A stretch of 33,056 nucleotides of DNA, taken from positions 1 through 33,056 of the IMG/VR virus record IMGVR_UViG_3300025806_000104. One strand, written 5' to 3'. Below, piece after piece: positions 1 through 7,579 of the stretch. A program made the position numbers and the translations under genes. Positions within the stretch are counted from its first letter, which is position 1; the number at the start of each line of letters is the position of its first letter. Source of the DNA: a virus (Duplodnaviria > Caudoviricetes). The notes beneath the pieces were generated by a model, which was given only the letters and a program-made list of their open reading frames with translations, was not told the DNA's origin and did not search any database.

Positions 1-99
1 TCAAAATTTGGGTTTACAAGTACATATGCTAGTAGCTCAACTCAGGCTTTCTTTGACCCAGACAGAGGTCAGGTCGGTGTTTTAGGAGACTTAGCATGA
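1..99 (+). CDS. Partial (3' end) tail fibre tip-domain paralog ending in GDLA
   Basis: Frame 1 is open from base 1 (SKFGFTSTYASSSTQAFFDPDRGQVGVLGDLA*) and has the same GDLA* end as three downstream paralogs; TGA overlaps the ATG at 96. Confidence 0.8.
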   Translation, partial: SKFGFTSTYASSSTQAFFDPDRGQVGVLGDLA

Positions 100-473
100 G
101 TACACTCACAGTCACCAACATAAAAGCATCAGGTGAGACAGCTAGTCGTGCAGTGTCAGGGGTTGCTGCGGCTTGGGTGAGTTTTAATGGGACTTCTCCG
201 AGCATTAGAGGAAGCCAAAACGTAAGTTCAGTTGCCGATTTTGGAACTGGCGACCATCAAGTAAATATAAATAGTGCTATGGCAAACGGAAATTATGCTA
301 CTACAGCAGCATGTGGGCCGACTTCTGGCAGCAACAATGTAGGAGTTAGTTTTCAAACAGATGCTACCCCTCATGCCGCAAGTGTATTTCGTCCAGTAAC
401 TAGGCGCAGGGACAACAACACAGACAGTGATGTACCATATGCGTTTTCAGCAGCACACGGAGACTTAGCATGA
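96..473 (+). CDS. Tail fibre/receptor-binding small beta-domain protein, paralog 1
   Basis: AxAWVxFNG...D.GTG...VN...GDLA pattern typical of phage fibre tip domains; GGAG SD at 85-88. Confidence 0.7.
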   Translation: MSTLTVTNIKASGETASRAVSGVAAAWVSFNGTSPSIRGSQNVSSVADFGTGDHQVNINSAMANGNYATTAACGPTSGSNNVGVSFQTDATPHAASVFRPVTRRRDNNTDSDVPYAFSAAHGDLA

Positions 474-847
474 GTACCCTAAATGTTTCCAACATCACCG
501 ATGGCACAACAACGGTCGGCACGTCGTATGTGGTTAATGGGTCAGCTAAGGCTTGGGTTAATTTTAATGGCACAGGTACTATTGCGGCAAGGGATAGCCT
601 GAACTTATCTAGTTTGACTGATAATGCGACAGGAACATATACGGTTAATTTTACTAATGCCTTTGGTGATGGTGATTATTCTTATGCAGGAGTAGGTCGG
701 GACGGAGGATCAACTGCTGCTTCCGTTTCACTTGAAGGGAGTGCAACTCCGTCAGCATCGTCCATAAAAATTGTTGCCGTTGTCCCAAATGTTGCACTCC
801 GAGACACAGATAGATTAACCCTTAATGTTTTTGGAGACTTAGCATGA
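470..847 (+). CDS. Tail fibre/receptor-binding small beta-domain protein, paralog 2
   Basis: SAKAWVNFNGTGTIAARDSLNLSSLTDNATGTYTVNF...GDLA; ATGA overlap with the previous gene. Confidence 0.7.
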   Translation: MSTLNVSNITDGTTTVGTSYVVNGSAKAWVNFNGTGTIAARDSLNLSSLTDNATGTYTVNFTNAFGDGDYSYAGVGRDGGSTAASVSLEGSATPSASSIKIVAVVPNVALRDTDRLTLNVFGDLA

Positions 848-1254
848 TAGCACATCTATGGGATAGATTAGCAGAAGCCAAGTCACGCCTTGACCCTGTT
901 CAGAGCAAATATCGTGTTGTCTTTGAAGACCCTGCCACACCTGACGAACCTGCCAAGGTGCTTGTCCCTGATCCGAATTGGCTTGCTTGTGCATTAGAGG
1001 GCAACATCCTGCCACCGATTGACACCTATCAACGTGACAGAGATGTGGCTGATGGAGAGCCAAAAGAGCATCCATACGCAGAACCCATTGGCCCTATGAC
1101 AGAAGAAGAAGCCATTGAGTATCTCATAATGAAAGACATCTGCCCCTCTGTGTGGCGAGATTACAAAGGAAACAGAACGATAATGCGGATCGTCCCTGTT
1201 GAACTAATACCAACTGACCGCAGCTTTAGAAATGCTTGGAGAATTGCAGCATGA
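844..1254 (+). CDS. Tail fibre assembly/chaperone-like protein (N-terminal-type module)
   Basis: Ends IPTDRSFRNAW, a motif I recognise from marine phage fibre-associated proteins; located within the fibre cluster. Confidence 0.5.
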   Translation: MIAHLWDRLAEAKSRLDPVQSKYRVVFEDPATPDEPAKVLVPDPNWLACALEGNILPPIDTYQRDRDVADGEPKEHPYAEPIGPMTEEEAIEYLIMKDICPSVWRDYKGNRTIMRIVPVELIPTDRSFRNAWRIAA

Positions 1255-1598
1255 CAACCTACATCAATATTAACGGAGATGTTCGTGATGCGTCATCTCT
1301 TACAGTTCCAACTGACCGCACCTTTCGGGGCGCTTGGCAGTACAACGAGGCAGTCATTGAGGTGGACATGGCAAAGGCCAAGGACATCCACAAAGACAAC
1401 CTTCGCGCTGAACGCAAGCCACGGCTTGAGGCATTAGACGTATCTTACATGAAAGCTCTGGAAGCAGGGTCAGGTGCAGATGCTATTGCCACACAAAAAG
1501 CAACACTGCGTGACATCACAGCAGACAGCCGTATTGCAGGAGCAAGCACACCTGATGCGTTGAAAGCATTGAACTTGGCTACTCTGCTAGGAGAATAG
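1251..1598 (+). CDS. Tail fibre assembly chaperone-like protein
   Basis: PTDRTFRGAW...VDMAKAKDIHKDNLRAERKPRLEALDVSYMKALE...KATLRDIT; start moved to the ATG at 1251 (GGAG at 1238-1241, ATGA overlap). Confidence 0.6.
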   Translation: MTTYININGDVRDASSLTVPTDRTFRGAWQYNEAVIEVDMAKAKDIHKDNLRAERKPRLEALDVSYMKALEAGSGADAIATQKATLRDITADSRIAGASTPDALKALNLATLLGE

Positions 1599-1599
1599 T

Positions 1600-2016
1600 A
1601 TGGGAAGGGCTTTAAACCTATCTCAGTTTCAACACAATGTAACTGATGGTACAACAACTGTAGCCACTACTTATGTTACCAATGGGTCTGCAAAGGCTTG
1701 GGTTAACCTTAATGGCTCTGGTACGATTGCTGCTCGTGATAGCTTTAATCTATCAAGTCTTACGGATAATGGGTTGGGTTCGTATAAAATAAATGTAACC
1801 AATAACTTTTCTAGCGCTTTTCATGCTCCAACGGTATCTGGTGCAACAGTGAATGGAAGAACAACTGTTTTAGCAACAGATAGTAGGACTTTTAACACGT
1901 CAGACGTTAGTATAACAGCTTCAAGCTGGACAATTGGAGCGGCAGACTACGGAGCAAGTTCATATAACGCAGACCCTAATTATTTAATGAGTAGTAGTCA
2001 CGGAGACCTAGCATGA
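1600..2016 (+). CDS. Tail fibre/receptor-binding small beta-domain protein, paralog 3
   Basis: TDGTTTVATTYVTNGSAKAWVNLNG is nearly identical to paralog 2; ends GDLA. Confidence 0.7.
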   Translation: MGRALNLSQFQHNVTDGTTTVATTYVTNGSAKAWVNLNGSGTIAARDSFNLSSLTDNGLGSYKINVTNNFSSAFHAPTVSGATVNGRTTVLATDSRTFNTSDVSITASSWTIGAADYGASSYNADPNYLMSSSHGDLA

Positions 2017-2057
2017 CGGTTGAGGCAGGTACACATACAATACAAAAGGCTGACTAA
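2013..2057 (+). CDS. 14-aa mini-ORF (MTVEAGTHTIQKAD) bridging two genes
   Basis: ATG overlaps the TGA of 1600-2016 with GGAG upstream; its TAA (2055-2057) overlaps the ATG at 2057. Confidence 0.35.
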   Translation: MTVEAGTHTIQKAD

Positions 2058-3712
2058 TGGCTAATGGGTTCCGCATAACGGAAGCATCAGACACTCGTAT
2101 TCTTGAGAATGGGGATGCAAGGGTAACTGAAGGATTCTTCCTAATTTCAGTTGATGCGGGATCGTTTAGCCTTACTGGTCAAGCTGCCTCATTAAATGTA
2201 AATGTAAAGGTTGCTTTAGCCTCAGGTTCATTTGCCCTAACAGGTAATACAGCAGACTTAGATAAAGCAATAAAAGTATCTGCATCAAACGGAAGCTTTA
2301 CTTTAACAGGCCAGTCAGTTGATTTAAACAAATCCGTTAAGATGAGCGCAAGCAATGGCTCATTTAGTTTAACTGGGCAGTCCGTTTCTCTAGCAAAAGC
2401 CCTTAACATAACTGCATCCAATGGGACTTTTGCCCTCAGTTTACACGGCGCAGCCAAACTTATTACTGAGGTTACGCCGCATGGGAACTTTGTGGTTACG
2501 GGCCAAGATGCTGGGTTCACAAAGTCACTTAACTTATCTGTCTCTAATGGTTCTTTTTCTGTAACAGGAAGACCTGTAACATTTGGCAATGCTTACTCTT
2601 TATCTGCTAACTCAGGTACATTTAGTCTTTCTGGGCAAGCTATTGCATTTGGTAAATCTTTAAACATTGCAGCTAACAATGGTTCTTTTGTAGTTTCTGG
2701 AAAAGATGCGGGCTTAAATACCTCTAAGAAAATAGAAGCAGAGCGCGGTACGTTTAGTTTATCTGGGCAAGCTGTAAACTTTAGCAACACCAAAGTGTTA
2801 ACGCTAAGTGTTTCCAATGGCGCGTTTACTTTAAGCGGTCAAGAAATAGACATAGATATTTCTGAGGGCTTCTCATCAGGATCGTTCTCCCTTTCGGGCC
2901 AAACTGTTACGCTTAAAAAGTCAGTTAAGTTAGAAGCAGAGCGTGGTTCTTTCACCTTATCTGGTCAGGCGGTTAGCTTTGAGCAGACTGAAGCAACCAA
3001 ACTAGATGCTGCAAACGGATCGTTTACTCTATCAGGGCAAGCAGCAAATTTAAACAGAGAGATTAATCTAACTGCTGACTCTGGCTCTATCTCTCTTTCT
3101 GGTCAAGCTGTTGGCTTAGAGAGAGGCGAGTTAGTTTCATTTGCTAGTGGATCGTTTGCACTAACAGGTCAGGCAGCAACCTTATCCCGCGCTATAAAGT
3201 TAAGCATTGGTTCAGGATCATTTACTGCAACAGGGCAGTCAATTGATTTCATTAAAGGCAAATCGCTAACAGCTAACAATGGTTCGTTCTCACTTTCAGG
3301 TCAGTCTGTTGATTTAAAGAAGGGATTAATTTTTTCACTTGATAGCGGTTCATTTGTTCTTAGTGGGCAGAGCACGTCTATTGGTCTTAACAAAAACATA
3401 ACAGCTTCAAATGGTTCATTTACTTTAACAGGTCAGGCTGTTTCATTTGATGAAACATCTAGTAACTCTTTATCAATTGGCTCTGGTCTGTTTGCGCTTA
3501 CAGCAAACGATCTTACGCTCATCAAAGCAAACGCAATAAAAGCTGATGATGGCGCAAATGATATAGTTATCGCTGATGGTGCGGCTCAAGCTATAGTGAG
3601 CACAAGCTCCAATAGTATAGTTATTTCTAGCAGTAATTCTATGGCTGTAGTGAGTGTAGATCACAATGACATAATTATCCATGATGATATAGTGTTTGCC
3701 AATGCTGCTTAG
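2057..3712 (+). CDS. Repetitive beta-strand virion fibre/structural protein
   Basis: About 21 copies of G(S/T)F(S/T)L(S/T)GQ at ~22-aa spacing; Ser/Gly/Thr-rich; in the tail cluster. Confidence 0.6.
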   Translation: MANGFRITEASDTRILENGDARVTEGFFLISVDAGSFSLTGQAASLNVNVKVALASGSFALTGNTADLDKAIKVSASNGSFTLTGQSVDLNKSVKMSASNGSFSLTGQSVSLAKALNITASNGTFALSLHGAAKLITEVTPHGNFVVTGQDAGFTKSLNLSVSNGSFSVTGRPVTFGNAYSLSANSGTFSLSGQAIAFGKSLNIAANNGSFVVSGKDAGLNTSKKIEAERGTFSLSGQAVNFSNTKVLTLSVSNGAFTLSGQEIDIDISEGFSSGSFSLSGQTVTLKKSVKLEAERGSFTLSGQAVSFEQTEATKLDAANGSFTLSGQAANLNREINLTADSGSISLSGQAVGLERGELVSFASGSFALTGQAATLSRAIKLSIGSGSFTATGQSIDFIKGKSLTANNGSFSLSGQSVDLKKGLIFSLDSGSFVLSGQSTSIGLNKNITASNGSFTLTGQAVSFDETSSNSLSIGSGLFALTANDLTLIKANAIKADDGANDIVIADGAAQAIVSTSSNSIVISSSNSMAVVSVDHNDIIIHDDIVFANAA

Positions 3713-3742
3713 ATTGTTGTAGATAGAATTAGGAGATGCGTA

Positions 3743-4066
3743 ATGACATTCTACATAAAACAAAATGACACAAGACCCATCTTATCCGCCACGTTAATAA
3801 ATAGCGATGGAAGTGTGCCGACTTTATCAGGTGCGGCTGTATCTTTTAAGATGCGGAAGTCTGGAGCAAGCTCTACCACAGTAAATGACTCGGCTGCTAT
3901 TAGTAATGCAACAACAGGTGAGGTTAGCTACACTTGGTCAGGCTCAGACACAGCAACCGTTGGTAGTTACGAGGGCGAGTTCCAAGTTACCTTTGCTGCG
4001 GGTGGTGTTCAGACTTTTCCTAATAGTAACTACATAGAAATAGAAGTTGTGGATGATATAGCATGA
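3743..4066 (+). CDS. BppU N-terminal-like Ig-fold structural protein
   Basis: IKQNDT.P.L.ATL...G.VSY.W...DT...G.YEGEF.VTF...QTFP pattern; AGGAG SD. Confidence 0.6.
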   Translation: MTFYIKQNDTRPILSATLINSDGSVPTLSGAAVSFKMRKSGASSTTVNDSAAISNATTGEVSYTWSGSDTATVGSYEGEFQVTFAAGGVQTFPNSNYIEIEVVDDIA

Positions 4067-4254
4067 CAAAACAAACCGTAGCATCAGCGCATCAGCGTAT
4101 CGACAAGATAGAAAAGCAGATTATTGCTATGAAAACTGAAATGGACATACAGTTTAAGGATTTGTTTAACCGCGTCAAAAGAATAGAAGCTATTCTAATT
4201 GGCAGTAGCGCATTTATTATTGTGCTTCTTTTGCGGATGACAATGACAGGCTAA
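4063..4254 (+). CDS. Small coiled-coil protein with C-terminal TM helix (lysis cassette, XhlA-like)
   Basis: Heptad-rich N-terminus followed by hydrophobic ILIGSSAFIIVLLL. Confidence 0.5.
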   Translation: MTKQTVASAHQRIDKIEKQIIAMKTEMDIQFKDLFNRVKRIEAILIGSSAFIIVLLLRMTMTG

Positions 4255-4697
4255 TGATTGATCCTTTAACAGCGTACGCCGCAATCAAGGCCGCTGTTTC
4301 CGCGGGTCAGGAATTAGTAAACGTCACCAAGCAGATTGGTGAGTTCTTCGATGGCGTCGATGATCTGCGCAATAAACATAATAAGAAAAAGAACAGCGCG
4401 TTTGGCAGTGAAGACGAGAACGCAATGGAAACCTTTGTCGCTTTGCAAAAAGCAAAGGATGCAGAGGATGAACTTCGTGAGCTTATCATTCACTTGCGAG
4501 GCTATAGTGCTTGGCAGGAATTGATTGCTATCAGAGCTAGGGTGCGCAGAGAAAGAAAAGAAAGAGAAGAAGAGCAAGCAAGATTAAAAGCTGAAAGGTT
4601 CGAGGCTGTTGTTATCTGGGGCAGCGTTGGAGTAATCTTTACTTTAATTATTGGCTTCGCTGTTGTTGTTTTGCTTGCATCACAGGGTAAGATTTAA
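4254..4697 (+). CDS. Hypothetical membrane-anchored protein
   Basis: MIDPLTAYAAIKAA start, charged helix, C-terminal TM segment; TAATG coupling. Confidence 0.6.
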   Translation: MIDPLTAYAAIKAAVSAGQELVNVTKQIGEFFDGVDDLRNKHNKKKNSAFGSEDENAMETFVALQKAKDAEDELRELIIHLRGYSAWQELIAIRARVRRERKEREEEQARLKAERFEAVVIWGSVGVIFTLIIGFAVVVLLASQGKI

Positions 4698-4709
4698 CGG
4701 AGGTTTATC

Positions 4710-4910
4710 ATGGCCCACACTACTGTAGATGACTGGAAGATTGTTCCTCGACTTATGATGTTAGCCGTCACCATTCTGACCTATCAGTCTGTACACTGGT
4801 ATATGTCATTGCCTGACCCCACCATACAGCAATCAGGTTTAGTATCTGTCTGTATGGGGGCGCTCACAGGCTGCTTTGGAATCTGGATGAGTAAGGAGTC
4901 ACCGAAATGA
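4710..4910 (+). CDS. Holin-like 2-TM membrane protein
   Basis: Two hydrophobic segments (IVPRLMMLAVTILTY; LVSVCMGALTGCFGIW); GGAGG SD; next to the endolysin. Confidence 0.55.
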   Translation: MAHTTVDDWKIVPRLMMLAVTILTYQSVHWYMSLPDPTIQQSGLVSVCMGALTGCFGIWMSKESPK

Positions 4911-5293
4911 TACAGGCGCTTATAGGCCCTCTCACAGAGCTTGCAGGAGGGTGGTTAAAAGGTAAGACAGACAAGCAAGCTGCTGAAGCCAAGCTGAAGC
5001 TGACTGAAGCGGAAGCCAAGGCTAAGATAATGCTTAGTAAAGAAACATCTGTTGCTGACTGGGAACGGATCATGGCCCAAGGTTCTCAGACATCTTGGAA
5101 GGACGAATGGCTAACAATTTTATTTTCAATTCCATTGGTGCTTGTGTTCCTTGGAGATACTGGCAGGGACATTGTTGCTAATGGTTTCTCTGCTTTAGAA
5201 ACTATGCCTGACTGGTATCAGTACACGCTCGGTGTTATTGTAGCTGCAAGCTTTGGTGTAAGATCGGCAACTAAATTCTTTGGAAGGAAGTAA
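4907..5293 (+). CDS. Holin (3TM/GTA-holin-like)
   Basis: SWKDEWLTILFSIP...MPDWYQYTLGVIVAASFGVR pattern; directly upstream of the endolysin. Confidence 0.7.
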   Translation: MIQALIGPLTELAGGWLKGKTDKQAAEAKLKLTEAEAKAKIMLSKETSVADWERIMAQGSQTSWKDEWLTILFSIPLVLVFLGDTGRDIVANGFSALETMPDWYQYTLGVIVAASFGVRSATKFFGRK

Positions 5294-5294
5294 G

Positions 5295-5762
5295 ATGTCA
5301 TTCAAGTTATCAGATAGAAGTTTGTCTCGCCTTCGTGGTGTTCACCCTGATCTGGTCAAGGTGGTGAAGGCTGCGATTGACGTAACTGATGTAGACTTTG
5401 GTGTTGGAATTGGTTTGAGAACCGAGGAAGAACAGGCTGCTCTTGTCGCCAAGGGCGCATCACAAACTATGAAGAGCAAACACCTGCGTCAGGATGATGG
5501 CTTCTGTCATGCTGTTGACCTCTTTGCTTATGTTGGTGGCAATGTGGATTGGTCACTGCCTCTCTATGATAACATCGCTGATGCAATGAAGAAGGGTGCG
5601 TTAGCTCACTCTGTTCAATTGCGTTGGGGCGCTGCTTGGTCTGTCCCAAATGTTATGGAGTGGGAAGGTACAATGGAAGAGGCGATGAACTCTTATATAG
5701 ATTTACGCCGCTCCCAAGATCGCCGTCCCTTTATTGATGGGCCTCATTTTGAATTGATGTAG
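5295..5762 (+). CDS. Endolysin, M15-family L-Ala-D-Glu peptidase
   Basis: LS.RS..RL.GVHPDL, GLRT..EQ, SKHL...HAVD, RWG, DGPHFEL motifs; start at ATG 5295. Confidence 0.9.
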   Translation: MSFKLSDRSLSRLRGVHPDLVKVVKAAIDVTDVDFGVGIGLRTEEEQAALVAKGASQTMKSKHLRQDDGFCHAVDLFAYVGGNVDWSLPLYDNIADAMKKGALAHSVQLRWGAAWSVPNVMEWEGTMEEAMNSYIDLRRSQDRRPFIDGPHFELM

Positions 5763-5958
5763 GTCTTGCCTTTGGTCTGAGCGACCAGTCTGGTGCAAGC
5801 TTTTGTTCCTGTTCGTAGTTGGTGCGGTTGCCACTTGTATCTACGCCAACACACTGATCGTGAAATCCATGCAAGTCATGGAATCTTACAAAGTCTTGAC
5901 AGTCTTGCCAGTCAGTGAACGGCAAGAAGGCAATGAAAGCGAAGCTAAGATTGTTCAT
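5731..5958 (-). CDS. Hypothetical protein with SLRPKARP motif
   Basis: AGGAG SD; last gene of the leftward operon; 3' end overlaps the endolysin by 32 nt. Confidence 0.55.
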   Translation of the reverse strand: MNNLSFAFIAFLPFTDWQDCQDFVRFHDLHGFHDQCVGVDTSGNRTNYEQEQKLAPDWSLRPKARPTSIQNEAHQ

Positions 5959-6238
5959 TAGCCAACTCCTTTAGATTATATCTACTAATGATTTGGCTGA
6001 CTGCTTGATGCGAGGTGCCGACAACTTGCGCTATGGCGCGGACATTCATATCGGACTTTATGCAGAGTAATATTTTTTCTGCCTTCTTAGAAAGCTCTTG
6101 CTTTTTACTTGGCCTGCCTCCCTTGTATCCTCCGTCCCTGCCTTTCATCCCCGCGATAACGTTGCTCCCGCCTATGCGAGAGAGCATCCTTGCGTTCTCT
6201 ACTTTTGCATAGACCATCATCTTTTCTAGTTGTGTCAC
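5945..6238 (-). CDS. HTH DNA-binding protein (C-terminal HTH)
   Basis: MNVRAIAQVVGTSHQAVSQII helix-turn-helix; AAGGAG SD before a GTG start. Confidence 0.7.
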   Translation of the reverse strand: MTQLEKMMVYAKVENARMLSRIGGSNVIAGMKGRDGGYKGGRPSKKQELSKKAEKILLCIKSDMNVRAIAQVVGTSHQAVSQIISRYNLKELANEQS

Positions 6239-6348
6239 TTGACTTGCTCTCCTTTGTTTTGTTTAATGGATTTGTGAGGCGGCGCTCTCAGAAACCCAAA
6301 CTTTTTGTATCGTTTACCTGCCTGTTAAACTTGATATGAACTGCCGCT

Positions 6349-6537
6349 TCACACCTTATCAGGCCATCTTGCTCTTAAAAATTTTATATCGTAGTGGTGC
6401 GCAAAGCGTCGAAGCACAGGCTCATCACATCTCAGTATCTTAGCTGCGTCTTTCATTGTGTAATTAGCAGCAAAGCTTTGAACGAGTTCAATCTTCTCTC
6501 GCTGATGTCTAGCTTTTATTTCCTGCCATGTTTCCAT
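6349..6537 (-). CDS. Small Fis-like HTH protein
   Basis: YTMKDAAKILRCDEPVLRRFA pattern; AAGGA SD. Confidence 0.55.
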   Translation of the reverse strand: METWQEIKARHQREKIELVQSFAANYTMKDAAKILRCDEPVLRRFAHHYDIKFLRARWPDKV

Positions 6538-6550
6538 GATATTTCCTTAG

Positions 6551-6579
6551 AAAAAAAAGGACGCTCCGAAGAGCGCCCA
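6551..6579 (-). terminator. Rho-independent terminator
   Basis: Minus strand reads GGGCGCTC-TTCG-GAGCGTCC followed by a T run. Confidence 0.8.
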
Positions 6580-6624
6580 AGTCTGTGAGTATTGAGGCAG
6601 ACTCACTGGGTATAATGATTTATC

Positions 6625-7023
6625 CTAGAACGGAATGTCATCTTCTGGCAAGGGTTTTGATGGATCAGGAATCTTTCTTTCCTCAGTGCCACCTTGCTTA
6701 TCGCTGACGTTAAAGGACATATAAGGCTTGCCGTCTTTCATCCTGCGCCAACCTGCAATCCGTTTCTCAAGCGGAGATTCGACCACCTGTTTTATTGGGC
6801 CAGAGTAATCGGGCGCTGCTTCGTTGCCCTTCTTGTCATTCTCAAATAGAACGCCGACTTTCTGAAAGACCTCAACAATCTTTCTGCCGTCTCGCGTTTC
6901 GTCTGAAACCAAGACAATCTTATTGTCATTGCCATCAACATTCACCTTGCCCTGCAAAATCATCTTCTGTGTAGGGAAAGGTGTGAAGGCTGCGCCTCGG
7001 TTTGTTTCGTCATATTCTGCCAT
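6625..7023 (-). CDS. Single-stranded DNA-binding-like protein (DUF736-like)
   Basis: ENDKKGNEAAPDYSG motif and acidic C-terminal DDIPF tail; follows the exonuclease and annealase genes. Confidence 0.65.
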   Translation of the reverse strand: MAEYDETNRGAAFTPFPTQKMILQGKVNVDGNDNKIVLVSDETRDGRKIVEVFQKVGVLFENDKKGNEAAPDYSGPIKQVVESPLEKRIAGWRRMKDGKPYMSFNVSDKQGGTEERKIPDPSKPLPEDDIPF

Positions 7024-7132
7024 GCTTTTGGCTCCTAGTTAGTAATTGTGGGGCGGCTCTTAGTGAAGAGTTCTACCGCGCCGCCCCTTGTACGGTCAGT
7101 CCAGAGGCAGGAGAACGCCCCCCTTCACAAGA

Positions 7133-7579
7133 TTACCACCCATTGTTGGATGAGCCGCCACTGTCTGCGGCATACTTATTGCCATCCATTTCTCCTAAGA
7201 AGACGTCAGCATTACAGCCAACGTGTGACAGGGCTTTAGTCAAACCATCAGTGACAGCCATCTTGGGGGCATCCTCTGCCATTCGTCCTTTGACTGAATC
7301 AAAGAACTTACGACAGCCAGTGAATGGCCCGAACACATTTGATGGATTGCCATGCCAGACAGAGACATGAGCAAGCACTGCGCTATCTCCGTTGCTGACG
7401 TTGACGATTTGTGTTTCACTGTGCCAACCCCATCCGTCACCAACAGGGCCAAACTCTTCGGTCATCATTCTGACCTGATATTGTGGATCAATAGCTGTAA
7501 AGCTACGCGCTCCAAAGCTGACCTTCTTCAGATACTTGGGGTCTGAAGAGGACAGCCTGTTCCATATTTCCATAGTCAT
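7133..7579 (-). CDS. Single-strand annealing protein (Rad52/Sak-like)
   Basis: IDPQYQVRMMTEEFGPVGDGWG...EDAPKMAVTDGLTKALSHVGCNADVF; coupled to the exonuclease gene. Confidence 0.65.
   Translation of the reverse strand: MTMEIWNRLSSSDPKYLKKVSFGARSFTAIDPQYQVRMMTEEFGPVGDGWGWHSETQIVNVSNGDSAVLAHVSVWHGNPSNVFGPFTGCRKFFDSVKGRMAEDAPKMAVTDGLTKALSHVGCNADVFLGEMDGNKYAADSGGSSNNGW

Noticed and set aside
1-2016. Diversity-generating retroelement or invertase shufflon acting on the fibre paralogs
   Set aside because: No reverse transcriptase or invertase in the window, no near-identical TR/VR pair with adenine-specific differences, and all cassettes share one orientation
2179-2817. Antisense ORFs inside the repeat protein, and similar shadow ORFs over terL, portal and internal virion genes (e.g. 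30615-31145)
   Set aside because: Explained by the codon bias of the sense gene; no start signals or recognisable motifs
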